64,000 nt of DNA from Octopus sinensis (taxonomy: Eukaryota). The notes beneath the pieces were generated by a model. The model was not told the DNA's origin, did no database searches, and saw only the letters and a program-made list of their open reading frames with translations. This document shows positions 1 to 11,363 of the stretch, piece by piece; the stretch's first letter is position 1; each line of letters opens with the position of its first letter. The position numbers and the translations under genes are program-made. Location of the stretch: contig NC_043009.1 in the NCBI RefSeq assembly GCF_006345805.1, forward strand, positions 61,442,001 to 61,506,000, read 5' to 3'.

Positions 1-3000
1 TTGTATATTGAGAATAACTAAGTAGTGGGACTGTTTGATGATTATATATATTTTTATTTACATTTTTAGCGCTTTCTTCTGTTATGGGATTTACCAAAAA
101 GTGGTTTACAGTAAGTTTGCTTCACCTTTTTTATATAAAATTGGAACTGATGATGTTTTAGAAAGGGGGAGAGGGGGGATGAACAAATCAGAAAGGAAGG
201 TGCATGGGTGAGAGAGGCGGGAAGAGTGGAAGAAATTTGAAGATAGAGAAGAGAAAAGAAAGTAGAAGGAGTCTTGTTTTAGGGGTTTGCAAAGGAAGGA
301 AAAAGAAAGAAGAAAAACGTTTGAGAGGGAGGGGGGAGGTAGAGGAGGCATGGCTTTTGTAATCATTGTGGTCAGACTTGTTTCCTTAGAATTTAATATG
401 CTGTTGTTGTTTTTTCCTTTTTAGTGACCTTTTGAGCGAGGAAAAAATGTTTTTGCATTCAAGTGGTCAAAGTTTTCAATCGGAAAACCAGATGTTGTTT
501 CTGATTTTCTCTAGGAAGAATTATAATTACGTTTCAAGGTCTTGTTTTTGTTTTTTTTTTATTCTTTTGTATTCATTAATGTAAAGGGGAAAGAATGGCT
601 GTATGGATGCGGTCAATTTTTCTTTTTTTATCAAAATTCCAGATGTTGCTTTCGATTTAGCCATATATGGCTATGTTTTTGAAAAGAGAGATTTTAAAGT
701 AAGTATAGGTATGATTTTAAATACAATCTGAAAAAAAAGTTCAAGGGTGGGAAAGTGTTTCTCAATTGTAAATATGATCTGAATTTATTTTTAAAGATCA
801 TAAAAATGATCTGAGTCTAAAAAAAAAGTTGGGGAGGGGGGAAAATCTAAATGTCATTGAAAATATACCTTTCTTAAGTGAATATATTCACAATTATAAA
901 TACAATCTAAATCAAAGGATTAGATTCTACAAATCATAAGGAATCATAAATATAATCTGAATGGGGGGGGGGAATGTCCATGGAAATATACCTTCTCCCC
1001 AGTAATGATTGGTTTCATACAGGTTAGGTTTGGAGGGAGCCAAACATGGGTATTTTTAGTATTTGTATTATTTTTCCCAATCATATTTTTCAGGAATGTT
1101 GGTTGGATATAGTTTCTTGCCATGGTGTTGTTGTACCCTCAACTTATTCCATTTGATTTGATGGAGCATCCTTGTATATTGATGTAGTTTTTTTCAACCG
1201 TTTAATTTTTGTTGAGAACTTTTTTATGAAATATAGTTCCGTTGTCTTTTGGAACTTTGGGTCGTTCCTTGAATTTTCCTTCTCCACATATTTCCAAATG
1301 TTTGCTCAGTGGAATTTTCTGTAGTTCTTGTTAGATTTGCTGTCTGTGGAGTCTTGCACGTCGGCAAAGGGAATTATTGGTTTCACCAATATAATTCTCC
1401 TTGCATTTGGGCCAAGTAATGCAGTACATGAAATTTTGTGTCCTGCAGTTCATATTTGCATTTACGTTAAATGAAAATCCACTCTTGAATTTTATGTGGG
1501 TGTCCCCATCTACATATTTGTAGTTATCGTTGTTGTTGGATATTCCACAATTGCTATCTCCACATTCTTTTAAGAAGAACTCTGTTTCATTCTCTGATGT
1601 GAATTTTGCCCTTGTGAGTTGTTTTCTGAGGTTTTTTTTTTTCCTGGCATTTATTATTTTGTAGGTAGCTTTTATCTATCAGCTTTCTCATTTTGGGGCT
1701 CTGTAAGAGTATTGGTAGGTTTGATTGTATAACATAGAAAATTTTGGTTATTCCAGGGTTGTGTGTATTAATAAATAGAATAGTATGTTCCTTGCTTTTT
1801 TTTCTTTTGAAGTCCTTAGTTGTGTGATGTCTAATTTCATCACTTTCAGGATTCCATTATTTATTAGTTTCACAGGGCAATTTTGTTCTTGTAAGAAGTT
1901 TTTGAGTTCATCAAGTCTAATTTGGCATATTTGTGGGTATGGTGCCAATGCATCTTGCCATACTGTATGGAATGTTCCTTTTGATGTGTGAGGGGTGTCA
2001 AGAGTAGAAATTTAAATATTGGTGTGTGCCTGTTTTTTTTGTAAAATATGTCTGTTGTAACAGTGGAGTTGTGTATTTTGATGTGAATGTCTAGGAATGG
2101 TAGTTCATTGTAGCTAGTTTTTGCTGTGAATTTGATAGATGGGTGCAGTGTGTTGAGGATATTGTGAAATGTTCGTAGGTCTTCTTTTGGTCTATCCCAA
2201 AAAATGAAGCAGTTGTCAAGGTAGCGCTTCCACTTCTTCATGATGATTTCCTTGAAGTTGTGATCAAAGATTTTTCCTGCTTCCTCCGTAAAGTTTACCT
2301 TCTAGGTAACCCATGACTAGGTTGGCATATGAAGGTGCAAATTTCGTACCCATAGCCCTTTGTCTGTTAGTATATCTTCTTATCATATCTGAAGGTGTTT
2401 TCTTCTAGTACTAAATGAGTGGCTTTGGTAATGAAGTCTGTTTTGAAACATTCATCTATACATCTTCTGTGTCTCTCTACCCAGTGTTAGACTGCCTCCA
2501 GGCCTAAGGTATGAAGTATGCTGGTATAGAGGTTAGTAACATCAAAACTTGCAAGTATAATACCTTCCTGGACAGTAGTTGGGATGCATTTGAGAAAGTC
2601 CATGTCATCCAATATATAACTGGGTTTTAATGGGCATAAAGGTTTGAGGAGTATGTCCAAGAGATGACTCATTTGTTGCGTTGGGGCTTGGAGCCCAGCA
2701 ACTATCGGTCTCATTTTGAGGTTTTTGGGTCTTTGTATTTTTACGTATTGACTCCTCTGTTCATTTATATCTGAGAGCTTTGGCGGATTTTGGGCAATCC
2801 GTATAAATTGCTCTCTTTGATTATGGAGTTACATAAATGGTCTTTTTCTTTGTCTGTGAAGGAGTACCAGTATTTGTTAATTATCGTTCTGATTTTATTT
2901 AGTGTTTCTGATCTGGAACTTGACTGAGGAAAGAAAACTTCGAATGACCCATCCGTGTTTTTTCTTGTCCCTCTTTTGTATCATCTGTCTGGATGTCTTG

Positions 3001-3060
3001 TTGTCCCTTTTTTGTATCATCTAGCTGTCCGGATGTTTTGCATTCTTGTCCCATTTTTGT
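1..3060 (-). mobile_element. Decayed Penelope-like element (RT + Cys-rich linker + C-terminal GIY-YIG; Neptune-like)
   Basis: Minus-strand fragments RPIVAG, SFDVTNLYTSI, AMGTKFAPSYANLVMGYLE, WKRYLDNCF (DD broken), IKFT..LPFLD, ECGDSNCG, NCRTQNFMYC..CKENYIGET..RLHRQQI; frameshifts and stops. 1-1000 holds degenerate repeats of its 3' region. Confidence 0.9.
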
Positions 3061-3064
3061 CTTC

Positions 3065-3065
<1 letters not shown>

Positions 3066-3098
<33 letters not shown>

Positions 3099-3204
3099 TC
3101 ATCATCATCATCATTTAGCGTCCGTTTTCCATGCTAGCATGGGTTGGACGGTTCAACTGGGGTCTGTGAAGCTGGAAGGCTTCATAAGGCCCAGTCAGAT
3201 CTGG

Positions 3205-3258
<54 letters not shown>
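3066..3258. repeat. (TA)n tracts flanking a SINE-like tail fragment with (TCA)n
   Basis: Read directly. Confidence 0.9.
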
Positions 3259-3263
<5 letters not shown>

Positions 3264-3321
3264 CAACATATATTATATATTATTAATTGAACATGCCGCA
3301 TTCATTTCCAAGTATATATAT

Positions 3322-3353
<32 letters not shown>

Positions 3354-3418
3354 GAGGAGGAGGAGAAGAAGAAGAAGAAGAAGAAGAAGAAGAAGAAGAA
3401 GAAGAAGAAGAAGAAGAA
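3322..3418 (+). repeat. Compound homopurine microsatellite G9(AGG)11(AGA)18
   Basis: Read directly; explains the spurious poly-R and poly-G/E ORFs. Confidence 0.97.
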
Positions 3419-3713
3419 TCAACTTACATGGGGATGTCTTATGAAGGTGCCTATCTTATCATATCTGGGTGGTTGTGGGTAAGACAAATATCTGCTCCGC
3501 AGAGGTGCCACAGAGCGGCTGCCTGCTCTGCTTCCACTCAGTAGTCTGTGATTCATTTGAAAGAGAAAGTGAAACCAACAATAAATAAAGGGATAAATAA
3601 AGGTTTGCTATTTTCGCTAAATACATTTATTGAGAAAGTACCAATACAGAAGTCATATTATGGAGAAACAAGGTTTAGTTACCTGAAGAATTTCTACTTG
3701 CTCTTTGCTCTTT

Positions 3714-4114
3714 TGCTCTTTTACTTGTTTCAGTCATTTGACTGCGGCCATGCTGGAGCACCGCCTTTAGTCGAGCAAATCGACCCCAGGACTTATTCGT
3801 TGTAAGCCCAGTACTTATTCTATTGGCCTATTTTGCCGAACCGCTAAGTAACGGGGACATAAACACACCAGCATCGGTTGTCAAGCAATGCTAGGGAGAC
3901 AAACACAGACACACAAACACACACACGCATATATATATACATATATACGACGGGCTTCTTTCAGTTTCCGTCTACCAAATCCACTCACAAGGCTTTGGTT
4001 GGCCCGAGGCTATAGTAGAATACACTTGCCCAAGGTGCCACGCAGTGGGACTGAACCCGGAACCATGTGGTTGGTAAACAAGCTACTTACCACACAGCCA
4101 CTCCTACTGCCTAC
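3714..4114 (-). mobile_element. Full-length tRNA-headed SINE, family A
   Basis: Reverse head ggagtggctgtgtggtaag (A box) ... gggttcagtccc (B box) ... cttgggcaagtg; near-identical to copies at 33421, 38490 and 61608. Confidence 0.9.
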
Positions 4115-4509
4115 ATTTTTGATAATTTTTTCTTCATTAACCTTCCTCGTCATCATCATTCTCGTTTCAACTTTTCCACACTTGCAAGGGGCCAGACAGA
4201 ATTTGTTGTGGCAAGTTTTCTTTATCCAGATGCCCTTCCTGTTGCCAACCCTCACCCATTTCCAAGTACAGTAATATTCCTACAAGACTAGATATGTTTT
4301 TACCAAATATTGGAAATACAAGACACCACTTGTATGATGGTGACACTCATTTACAACTATCACATGAAGTCAAAGCAAGGAGACAGTGACACACAGACAG
4401 ACACACACACACACAAACATATGTACATAGATATATAATGCCATAATGGAAAACAGCTATCAAAGGATACACATATATACTAGCAGATAAAAATGGCATA
4501 GATTTTTAT

Positions 4510-4783
4510 AGTTTTACTTGTTTCAGTCATGTGACTTCAGCCATACTGGAGCACCGCCTTTAGTCAAGCAAATCGACCCCAGGATTTATTCTTTGTAAGC
4601 TTAGTACTTATTCTATCAGTGTCTTTTGCCAAACCCCTAGGTTACAGGGACACAAACACAGCAACATCGTTTGTCCAGCGATGGTTGGGGTACAAACATA
4701 GACACACATATATATACGACAGTCTTCTTTCAGTTTTCATGTATGAAATTCACTCACAAGGCTTTGGTCGGCTTGAGACTATC
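4510..4783 (-). mobile_element. Family A SINE fragment truncated at the foldback
   Basis: Homology to the 3714-4114 copy. Confidence 0.85.
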
Positions 4784-4788
4784 ATATA

Positions 4789-5052
4789 TTTCAGGGAAAT
4801 AAATGATATCCCATCATCAGAGACAAGTTAAAAGAACTTCAATAGAAGGAATTAGTAGAGTTAATTTTTTTTAGAAGCTATTCTGGAGAGGGAGAGATAT
4901 ACAAGAGATTACTTTCTGCATTATATCTAATCTTTTGTATATCTCTCCCTCTCCAGAATAATTTTTTCTACAAAAATGATCTCTACTAATTCCTTCTATT
5001 GAAGCTCTTTTAACTCGTCTCTGATGATGGGATAGCATTTATTTCCCTGAAA
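4789..5052. repeat. 264-bp near-perfect inverted repeat (foldback)
   Basis: Outer arms 4789-4860 / 4981-5052 (3 mismatches in 72); inner arms 4879-4911 / 4928-4960 (1 in 33); 16-nt loop. Confidence 0.95.
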
Positions 5053-5054
5053 CT

Positions 5055-5482
5055 CGGTGACTGGCATCCGTTGCTAGTAGAGTGCTAAGAGTACCATACG
5101 AGTGAGATCGTTGCCAGGGCAACAAGCTGGCCTTCGTGCCGATGCCACGTTAAGCACACCATTCAAGCGCGATCGTTACTGCGTCGCCTTACTAGCACTT
5201 GTGCTGGTGGCACGTGAAACATTCGAGCAAGGTCGTCACCAGTGCCGCTGGACTGGCTCCTGTGCAGGTGGCACATAAAAAAGCACCATTTGGACATGTC
5301 CGTTGCCAGTACCACCAAACTGGCATGTAAAAGCACCCACTACACTCTCGGAGTGGTTGGCGTTAGGAAGAGCATCCAACTGTAGAAACTCTGCAAGATC
5401 AGATTGGAGTCTGGTTGGCCAGACCTCAATCAAATCATCCAACCCATGCTAGTATGGAAAGCGGATGTTAAAGAATGATGAT
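5055..5482 (+). mobile_element. SINE-like family B with (GAT)n tail
   Basis: ggcgttaggaagggcatcc-type core, gcatggaaagcgga 3' end and gat tail; many copies in the window. Confidence 0.8.
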
Positions 5483-5639
5483 GAGGAAACAGCTATCAGA
5501 AAGAGAAATCGAATGGCTAAGTCGTACATTACGAGTGCAATCTGTGAGTGGAACAGTAAAAATATGCAAGACTTTTCTCAAGTTCCAAATGTGATAGTAC
5601 CATTCATGACTTTTTTGTCATCTTTCCTTTTTTTGTCTT

Positions 5640-5944
5640 TTTGTTTGTTTCAGTCATTAGATTGTGGCCATGCTGGGGCATTGCCTGGAGAATTTTAGTC
5701 GCTAGTTATTTTATTTGTCTATTTTGCTGGACCAGTTGTCAAGTGATGGTAGGAGACAAACAGACAGTGAGACACACACACACGTATGTATACGGTGGGC
5801 TTCTTTCAGTTTCTGCTACCAAATCCATTCACAACACTTTGGTTGACCCAAAGCTACAGCTAAAGACACTTGTCCAAAGTGCCTCACAATGGGACTGAAC
5901 TCAGAACCATGTGGTTGGAAAGCAAACTTCTTCCCACACAGCCA
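5640..5944 (-). mobile_element. Family A SINE, internally deleted
   Basis: Homology to other family A copies. Confidence 0.8.
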
Positions 5945-6229
5945 CAAAACAGATCAATATTGCAAACGCACATGTTTTTTCTAAAAGGAAAATTGCTCTT
6001 GTTTACAATTTAAAAATCAATGAAGCAATAGAATTCTAAATAAGAATATATATTCCATCTAACCCATGCCAGCATGAAAAATGTACACTAAATGATGATG
6101 CTGATGATTGTTTAGTTTTAGACTGACATTGTAGGTTAAGGTATGAAAGGTTAGACATGTTTTGTATTCAAACCAGAAGTTAACATATACGGAAGACCTC
6201 AACACCCAAAGAGTACCAGAAAGAGAAAG

Positions 6230-6830
6230 AAGTTTCTACCAATTTAGCTAGGAGCTTCCTATCATTGAGCAAGAAACATTTCCCTAGGAGGCACATGTAC
6301 TATAAGATTTTCAACCCACATAACATCAAAGTAAGCTACTCCTGCTTAGACAACATTGCATGCTACAACAGATACAAATGTGCACCCACACAACCTCCAA
6401 CCCCAACCTGTAACGTCTGAAACCTTACCAGCTGCCCTTTGTGAGGATCCTGCTTCCCAAGGGCTGTAGTCTAAAGGGTCACCCTTACACTATCCAATAG
6501 CATCACAAGATACAACTAGGACATGATGGCTAGTGGCTTCAAAGGAAGGTACACACAACATATGCATTCCCTCAGATGCAGGGATAGAGAAAATTCTCTC
6601 TTTGTTTCACTTCCTCTGGAGACTTTGCAACCTATGGAATAACTCCCCCAACATTGAATGGACATCACCAACAGGGTCACACCTTACTCACCTACTGCCT
6701 GAAATTGCCAGCTCTGTCTCCACGAAAAGCTGACTGCATATTCTCTACCAACCTGCAGCATCCATCAACAGGAAATATGAACTGTCTTATTGCTGCCATC
6801 AGAAATACTCCCTCCTGATGAATTTCAAGT
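6230..6830 (+). mobile_element. Decayed 3' part of a second Penelope-like element (Penelope/Poseidon-like thumb + GIY-YIG)
   Basis: VSTNLARSFLSLSKKHFPRRHMYYKIFNPHNIKVSYSCLDNI ... FK.RY..H ... IEW ... NRKYELSYCCHQKY. Confidence 0.75.
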
Positions 6831-7294
6831 CATTGGCCACCAACAACTCAGATATACCACCTTAACACTGGCTGCCCTACAACTAAGGGCTGGGTACCAA
6901 ATCACCACTGACTGTCTTTCTGTCCTTATGCATTTTCTGTATTCTCCTACAACTGTCTACATATATGTGGGTGTGCATACAGGCACCCACATTCATTATC
7001 TATCTATGTATGTATGCTTTCCTCCTCTTTCTTTCTCTCCCGTACACTACCAAATCTCAATTCAACGGCAGATCCAGTCACCACCAATGACACTGCTGCC
7101 ACTGCACTGTGCCTGAACAATGCACCTACACATCAGTCCACATACATACGTTTCAATTCTATATGCAAAGTTACTCCAGCCATGCTCACACACACACACA
7201 AATATCAGAAGCATACACATATACACATATACACCAGATGTAAACATATGCACACCTATCCATCTTGATAAACACACACACACACACATTCGTA

Positions 7295-7460
7295 TATGAG
7301 GGTGGGAGGAAAAGTTCATAGTCTGACTATGAAGGAGTGATGCTAGAACTGTGAAATCTTGCCTGCATTAACTTCAGATCTTCTTATTAATAACTACATT
7401 GTTTCTTTCCAGATAAACTGTCATCTTACTGTTCAAAGACATCAAAAGTAACTAGTGCGT
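7295..7460 (+). mobile_element. Mariner-like terminal fragment
   Basis: TA|TGAGGG...AAAAGT start resembles mariner TIRs; the other end is not found. Confidence 0.5.
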
Positions 7461-7512
7461 GGCAATCTGGCAGAAACATAAGCATGCTGGTCGAAATGCT
7501 TAGTAATATTTT

Positions 7513-8442
7513 ATAGGTGCAGGAGTGGCTGTGTGGTAAGTAGCTTGCTTACCAACCACATGGTTTCGGGTTCAGTCCCACTGTGTGGCACATTGGGCAA
7601 GTGTCTTCTGCTATAGCCTCAGGCTGACCAAAGCCTTGTGACGGAAACTGAAAGAAGCCTGTTGTATATATATATACAACAGGCTTCCCTAGCTGTTGAG
7701 GGAACCTGTGGAAGAGGTAGACCCAGGAAGACCTGGGATGAGGTGGGTAAGGCCTCACCGAGGCAATGACTAGTGACTGAGACCTGGGAAATATGCTGTG
7801 CTTGAGAAGACCCATCAAGCTAAGTGAGACTATAACCAGTGGCCTATGCCAGTGGTGTAACCAGCCCATTTATGCGACCTTTCTTTCATTGGACACTAAA
7901 CTCTGCTTGCGAAGACCTGTTGAGGCGAGTGAAATCGAAATCAAATTCGCTGACGTGGCCAATGACAGCACCACTTGACTGGCATCCATGCTAGTGGAAC
8001 GTTAAGAGCACCATCCGAGCATGATCGTTGCCAGGGCCACTGACTGGTTCCTGTGCCGGTGGCACGTAAAAAGCACCGTTTGAGCATGATTGTTACCAGT
8101 GTCGCCTTACTGGCACTTGTGCCAGTGACAAGTGAAAAACAACATTCAAGCGAGGTTGTTGCCACTTCTGCTGGACTGGTTCTTGTGCAGGTGGCACATT
8201 TTAGTGTGGCTGTTGCCTGTACTGTCTTACTGGCCCTCGTGCCGGTGGCACGTAAAGGCATGTAAAAGCACCCACTACACTCTCGGAGTGGTTGGCATTA
8301 GGAAGGGTATCCAGCTGTAAAAACTCTGCCAGATCATATTGGAGCCTGGTGCAGCCATCTAGCTTGCCAGTCCTCAGTCAAGCCGTCCAATCCATGCCAG
8401 CATGGAAAGCGGACATTAAACGATGATGATGATGATGATGAT
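7513..8442 (+). mobile_element. Family A head fragment followed by a long family B element
   Basis: tRNA-like head 7513-7690; B element with internal GC-rich subunits and (GAT)n tail ending about 8442. Confidence 0.8.
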
Positions 8443-8473
8443 ATATATATATAAAAGATATATATATTCTTTG

Positions 8474-9560
8474 ATTCTTTTACTTGTTTCAGGAGCACTG
8501 CCTTTTAGTCAAACAAATCAACCCTTAGACTTATTCTTTGTAAATCTGGTACTCTTTATATCGGTCTCTTTTGCTAAACCGCTAGATTACGGGGACATAA
8601 ACACATCAACATTGGTTGTCAAGCGATGGTGGAGGGACAAACACAGACACAAACACATTTATCATCATCATCGTTTAACGTCCGTTTTCCATGCTAGCAT
8701 GGGTTGGACGCTTCAACCGGGATCTGTGAAGCTAGAAGGCTGCACCAGGCTCCAGTCTGATCTGGCAGTGTTTCTACAGCTGGATGCCCTTCCTAACGCC
8801 AACCACTCCGTGAGTGAAGTGGATGCTTTTTACATGCCACCGGCACAGGTGCCAGGCTGGCAACGGCCACGATCAGATTGGTGCTTTTTACGTGCCACTG
8901 GCACAGAAGCCAGTCAAGGCGGCGCCGGCAACGGCCACATTCAGATGGTGCTTTTTACGTGCCATATATATATATACGACAAGCTTCTTTCACTTTCTGT
9001 CTACCAAATCCACTCACAAGGCTTTGGTTAGCCCAAGGCTACAGTAGAAGACGCTTGCCCAAGGTGCCACACTGTGGGACTGAACCCAGAACCATGTGGT
9101 TGGGAAGCAAGCTTCTTACCACACAGCCATCATCATCGTTTAACGTCCGTTTTCCATGCTAGCACGGGTTGGACGGTTCGACCGGGGTCTGGGAAGCCAG
9201 GGCTGATCTGGCAGTGTTTCTACAGCTGGATGCCCTTCCTAACGCCAACCACTTCGCAAGTGTAGTAGGTGCTTTTTACGTGCCACCTGCACAGGTGCCA
9301 GGGGGGTCTGGCATCGGCCACGATCGAGTGGTGCTTTTAACGTGCCACCGGCACGGAAGCCAGCCACGCCGGCACTGGCATCGGCCACATTCGGATGGTG
9401 CTTTTTATGTGCCACCGGCAGAGAAGCCAGTCAAGGCGGCGCTGGCATTGGCCACGTTCGGATGGTGCTTTTTATGTGCCACCAGCACAGAAGCCAGTTG
9501 AGGCGGCGCTGGCATCGGCCACGTTCGGATGGTGCTTTTTATGTGCCACAGGCACAGGTA
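8474..9560 (-). mobile_element. Nested SINEs: family A split by family B (about 8660-8960), with a second B (9130-9560) at its head
   Basis: Family A sequence resumes collinearly after 8960. Confidence 0.85.
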
Positions 9561-9967
9561 TCACAACTACTATTTCCATTGATATTCATTTCAATGGAAA
9601 TAGTAGTTGTGATTCCTATATATATGCATACACATATGCACATGGATATACATATACATGAACATCTGGCACCTTTTTGACACAATTGCCGTCCTTCATT
9701 CACAACATATGTCCATTCCAATATATTCTATTCTCTTGCACACGATTCCTCTGTGGTTCTGATATTCTCTCAACCCATTTGCTATCCTATCACTAATTCG
9801 CACAAACATTACACATACAGTAGAAGATACTCACACACTAAATAAATTAAATATTATAGTTCCTCTTCTCTCATAAATCTGATCTAATGATTTAATGGAT
9901 TGCTTCAGAGTTGAATTTATAGCAATTCATAATCCACGAAATGTTGTTGTCTGACTTTGGATCTTAC

Positions 9968-9991
9968 TTTTTTACACCAGAGTAGAAGGGC
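9968..9991 (-). CDS. Candidate second (24-nt) exon of the divergent gene (R-PFYSGVK)
   Basis: ttttgcag| ... AAA|gtaaga; keeps the frame open from 10546; other acceptors at 10020/10026 introduce stops. Confidence 0.2.
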
Positions 9992-10511
9992 CTGCAAAAC
10001 CCTTGGAACTGCCCCTTCTCCTTTAACTTACAAAAAAGAAAAATGAGTCTTCATGATTATTGCTATCTCTGAGATGATTAGAACTGTAAGATGTTGGTAC
10101 TAATTTATAATCATGAAAAGACAAAAATTGCCTGCAGACTACATGAAGATGTCTTTGATTAAAAATATATACTAGTTTTTAATGTTGAATATCATAAAAA
10201 TTGTCACAATCCTGCCAATGCTAAATAAATACAGTTTCATAATTCTTTTTTATTGGTCATTCTTACAAGAGAGATTTCAAATTTATTGCATATTTTTGTG
10301 TTAAATTTACCTCTCTAACACTTGGAAAACTTCAGACTTTTTCATGAGGAAAATAAAATTTTAAGACAATTATTCTTAGGAGTAAAAGCAGACTTATAGG
10401 AAACTTTATTCAAATCTTAAATATCAGAAAAAGTGAAAATATCTTGGTTGCTCCTCCTAAAACTGAGAATGATTATTCTTAAAATTTTAATAAAATCTCT
10501 AATGAACATAC

Positions 10512-10546
10512 CGGTTTTGCTGAGTTTTCGTCGATTTTTGCTCCAT
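10512..10546 (-). CDS. Candidate first coding exon of a divergent gene (MEQKSTKTQQN + 2 nt)
   Basis: aagATGG Kozak context and CCG|gtatgt donor; no recognisable domain. Confidence 0.35.
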
Positions 10547-11007
10547 CTTGGGCAACTAAATGTGAAGGGAAATATTTTTGGTCTGAGAAGTTATTTAATG
10601 AAAAAAATTTGAAGCTTGTTGGTTGTTTGCTTAAGTAGAGAAATCTTGCAGAAATATCTTGTAGACAAGAGTTGCTATGAGATACGCAGTGCGTGATCAC
10701 AAGTCAATTCTGATTGGTCGACAGCAATTTCATGTGTGCCGTTCAATTATCATGTTTTCATCTAAATTCCCTGTTTATTTATTCAAATAAACGATACTGC
10801 CATTGAACTTGAGATGAAAGAATTTTTTCGGTACTTTAAATTTGAGAAATTTTACAATATTTTTAACGATAATTTAACATTAGAGGTTCTATTAAGCAAA
10901 CTACTCGACCAATGAAATCAGCCGTCTTAGCGAAGTTTGGAAAGTCCCTCCATTTTGTAAGCCTCAATTTGAATCGTAGTTTACCTAGCCCATAATTTAT
11001 AATGAAA

Positions 11008-11022
11008 ATGGCGGAAGGCAAC
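11008..11022 (+). CDS. MIER1: MIER1-like exon 1 (MAEGN; an in-frame upstream ATG at 11002 would add MK)
   Basis: aaaATGGCGGAAGGCAAC|gttagt: strong Kozak context, MAE start as in vertebrate MIER1, phase-0 donor matching exon 2. Confidence 0.7.
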
Positions 11023-11335
11023 GTTAGTATTCAATGATGTTTGTTGGAATTTCTCACTTTTAGCCTTAAAAGTTTGTCTAATTTCATTCAGATTCCCTTT
11101 AACGATCCCTAAAAGCCTTACACATTTTCCAATCTGCTCAGAAGGCGCTTTGGGGGGATACGAATTCAGCTAAATCGAATAATCTCTAGTGGGATTCTTG
11201 GTTCTAAGCCACTGCTTTGACATTGACTGAGAATCGTCCACTTTTAAGTTTAGTGCTTGCTCTAGCTTTGCTCTATTTTGACACTTTTCACGAGTCGATG
11301 TTTTCTCCACTCAATTGTTTTTCGTTTCATTTCAG

Positions 11336-11363
11336 CTCGGTGGCAGCGATTCAAGCAGCCCAG
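11336..11363 (+). CDS. MIER1: MIER1-like exon 2 (LGGSDSSSP + 1 nt)
   Basis: Pyrimidine tract + ttcag| ... CCAG|gtaagt; 28 nt, phase 0 to 1; resembles human SVESSSPG. Confidence 0.85.

Larger units (their letters stand above)
10500..11030. promoter_or_regulatory. CpG-rich, probably bidirectional promoter
   Basis: CCAAT on - strand (10713-10717) and + strand (10909-10913); YY1-like CCATTTTG (10950-10957) and AAAATGGCGG (11005-11014); palindrome ACGCAGTGCGT (10684-10694); CpGs visibly retained. Confidence 0.6.

Noticed and set aside
1400-1430. TGG at a conserved Cys position of the PLE endonuclease, suggesting a former selenocysteine TGA (Naiad-type)
   Set aside because: Naiads have an N-terminal endonuclease; this one is C-terminal and generally decayed, with no in-frame TGA or SECIS seen.
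2924-2950. CTGAGGA-AAG-AAAA-CTT-CGAAT hammerhead-like string at the PLE edge
   Set aside because: GAAA core broken and no stem I/III pairing.
3046-3544. ORFs with poly-R, poly-G/E and YI repeats
   Set aside because: Translations of microsatellites.
3714-4114. tRNA-like A/B boxes in SINE heads
   Set aside because: No complete cloverleaf or acceptor stem; these are SINE promoters, not tRNA genes.
9968-10026. Alternative frame reading LQALLLWCKK, resembling a calponin-homology motif
   Set aside because: No ATG-containing upstream exon in a compatible phase; too short to trust.
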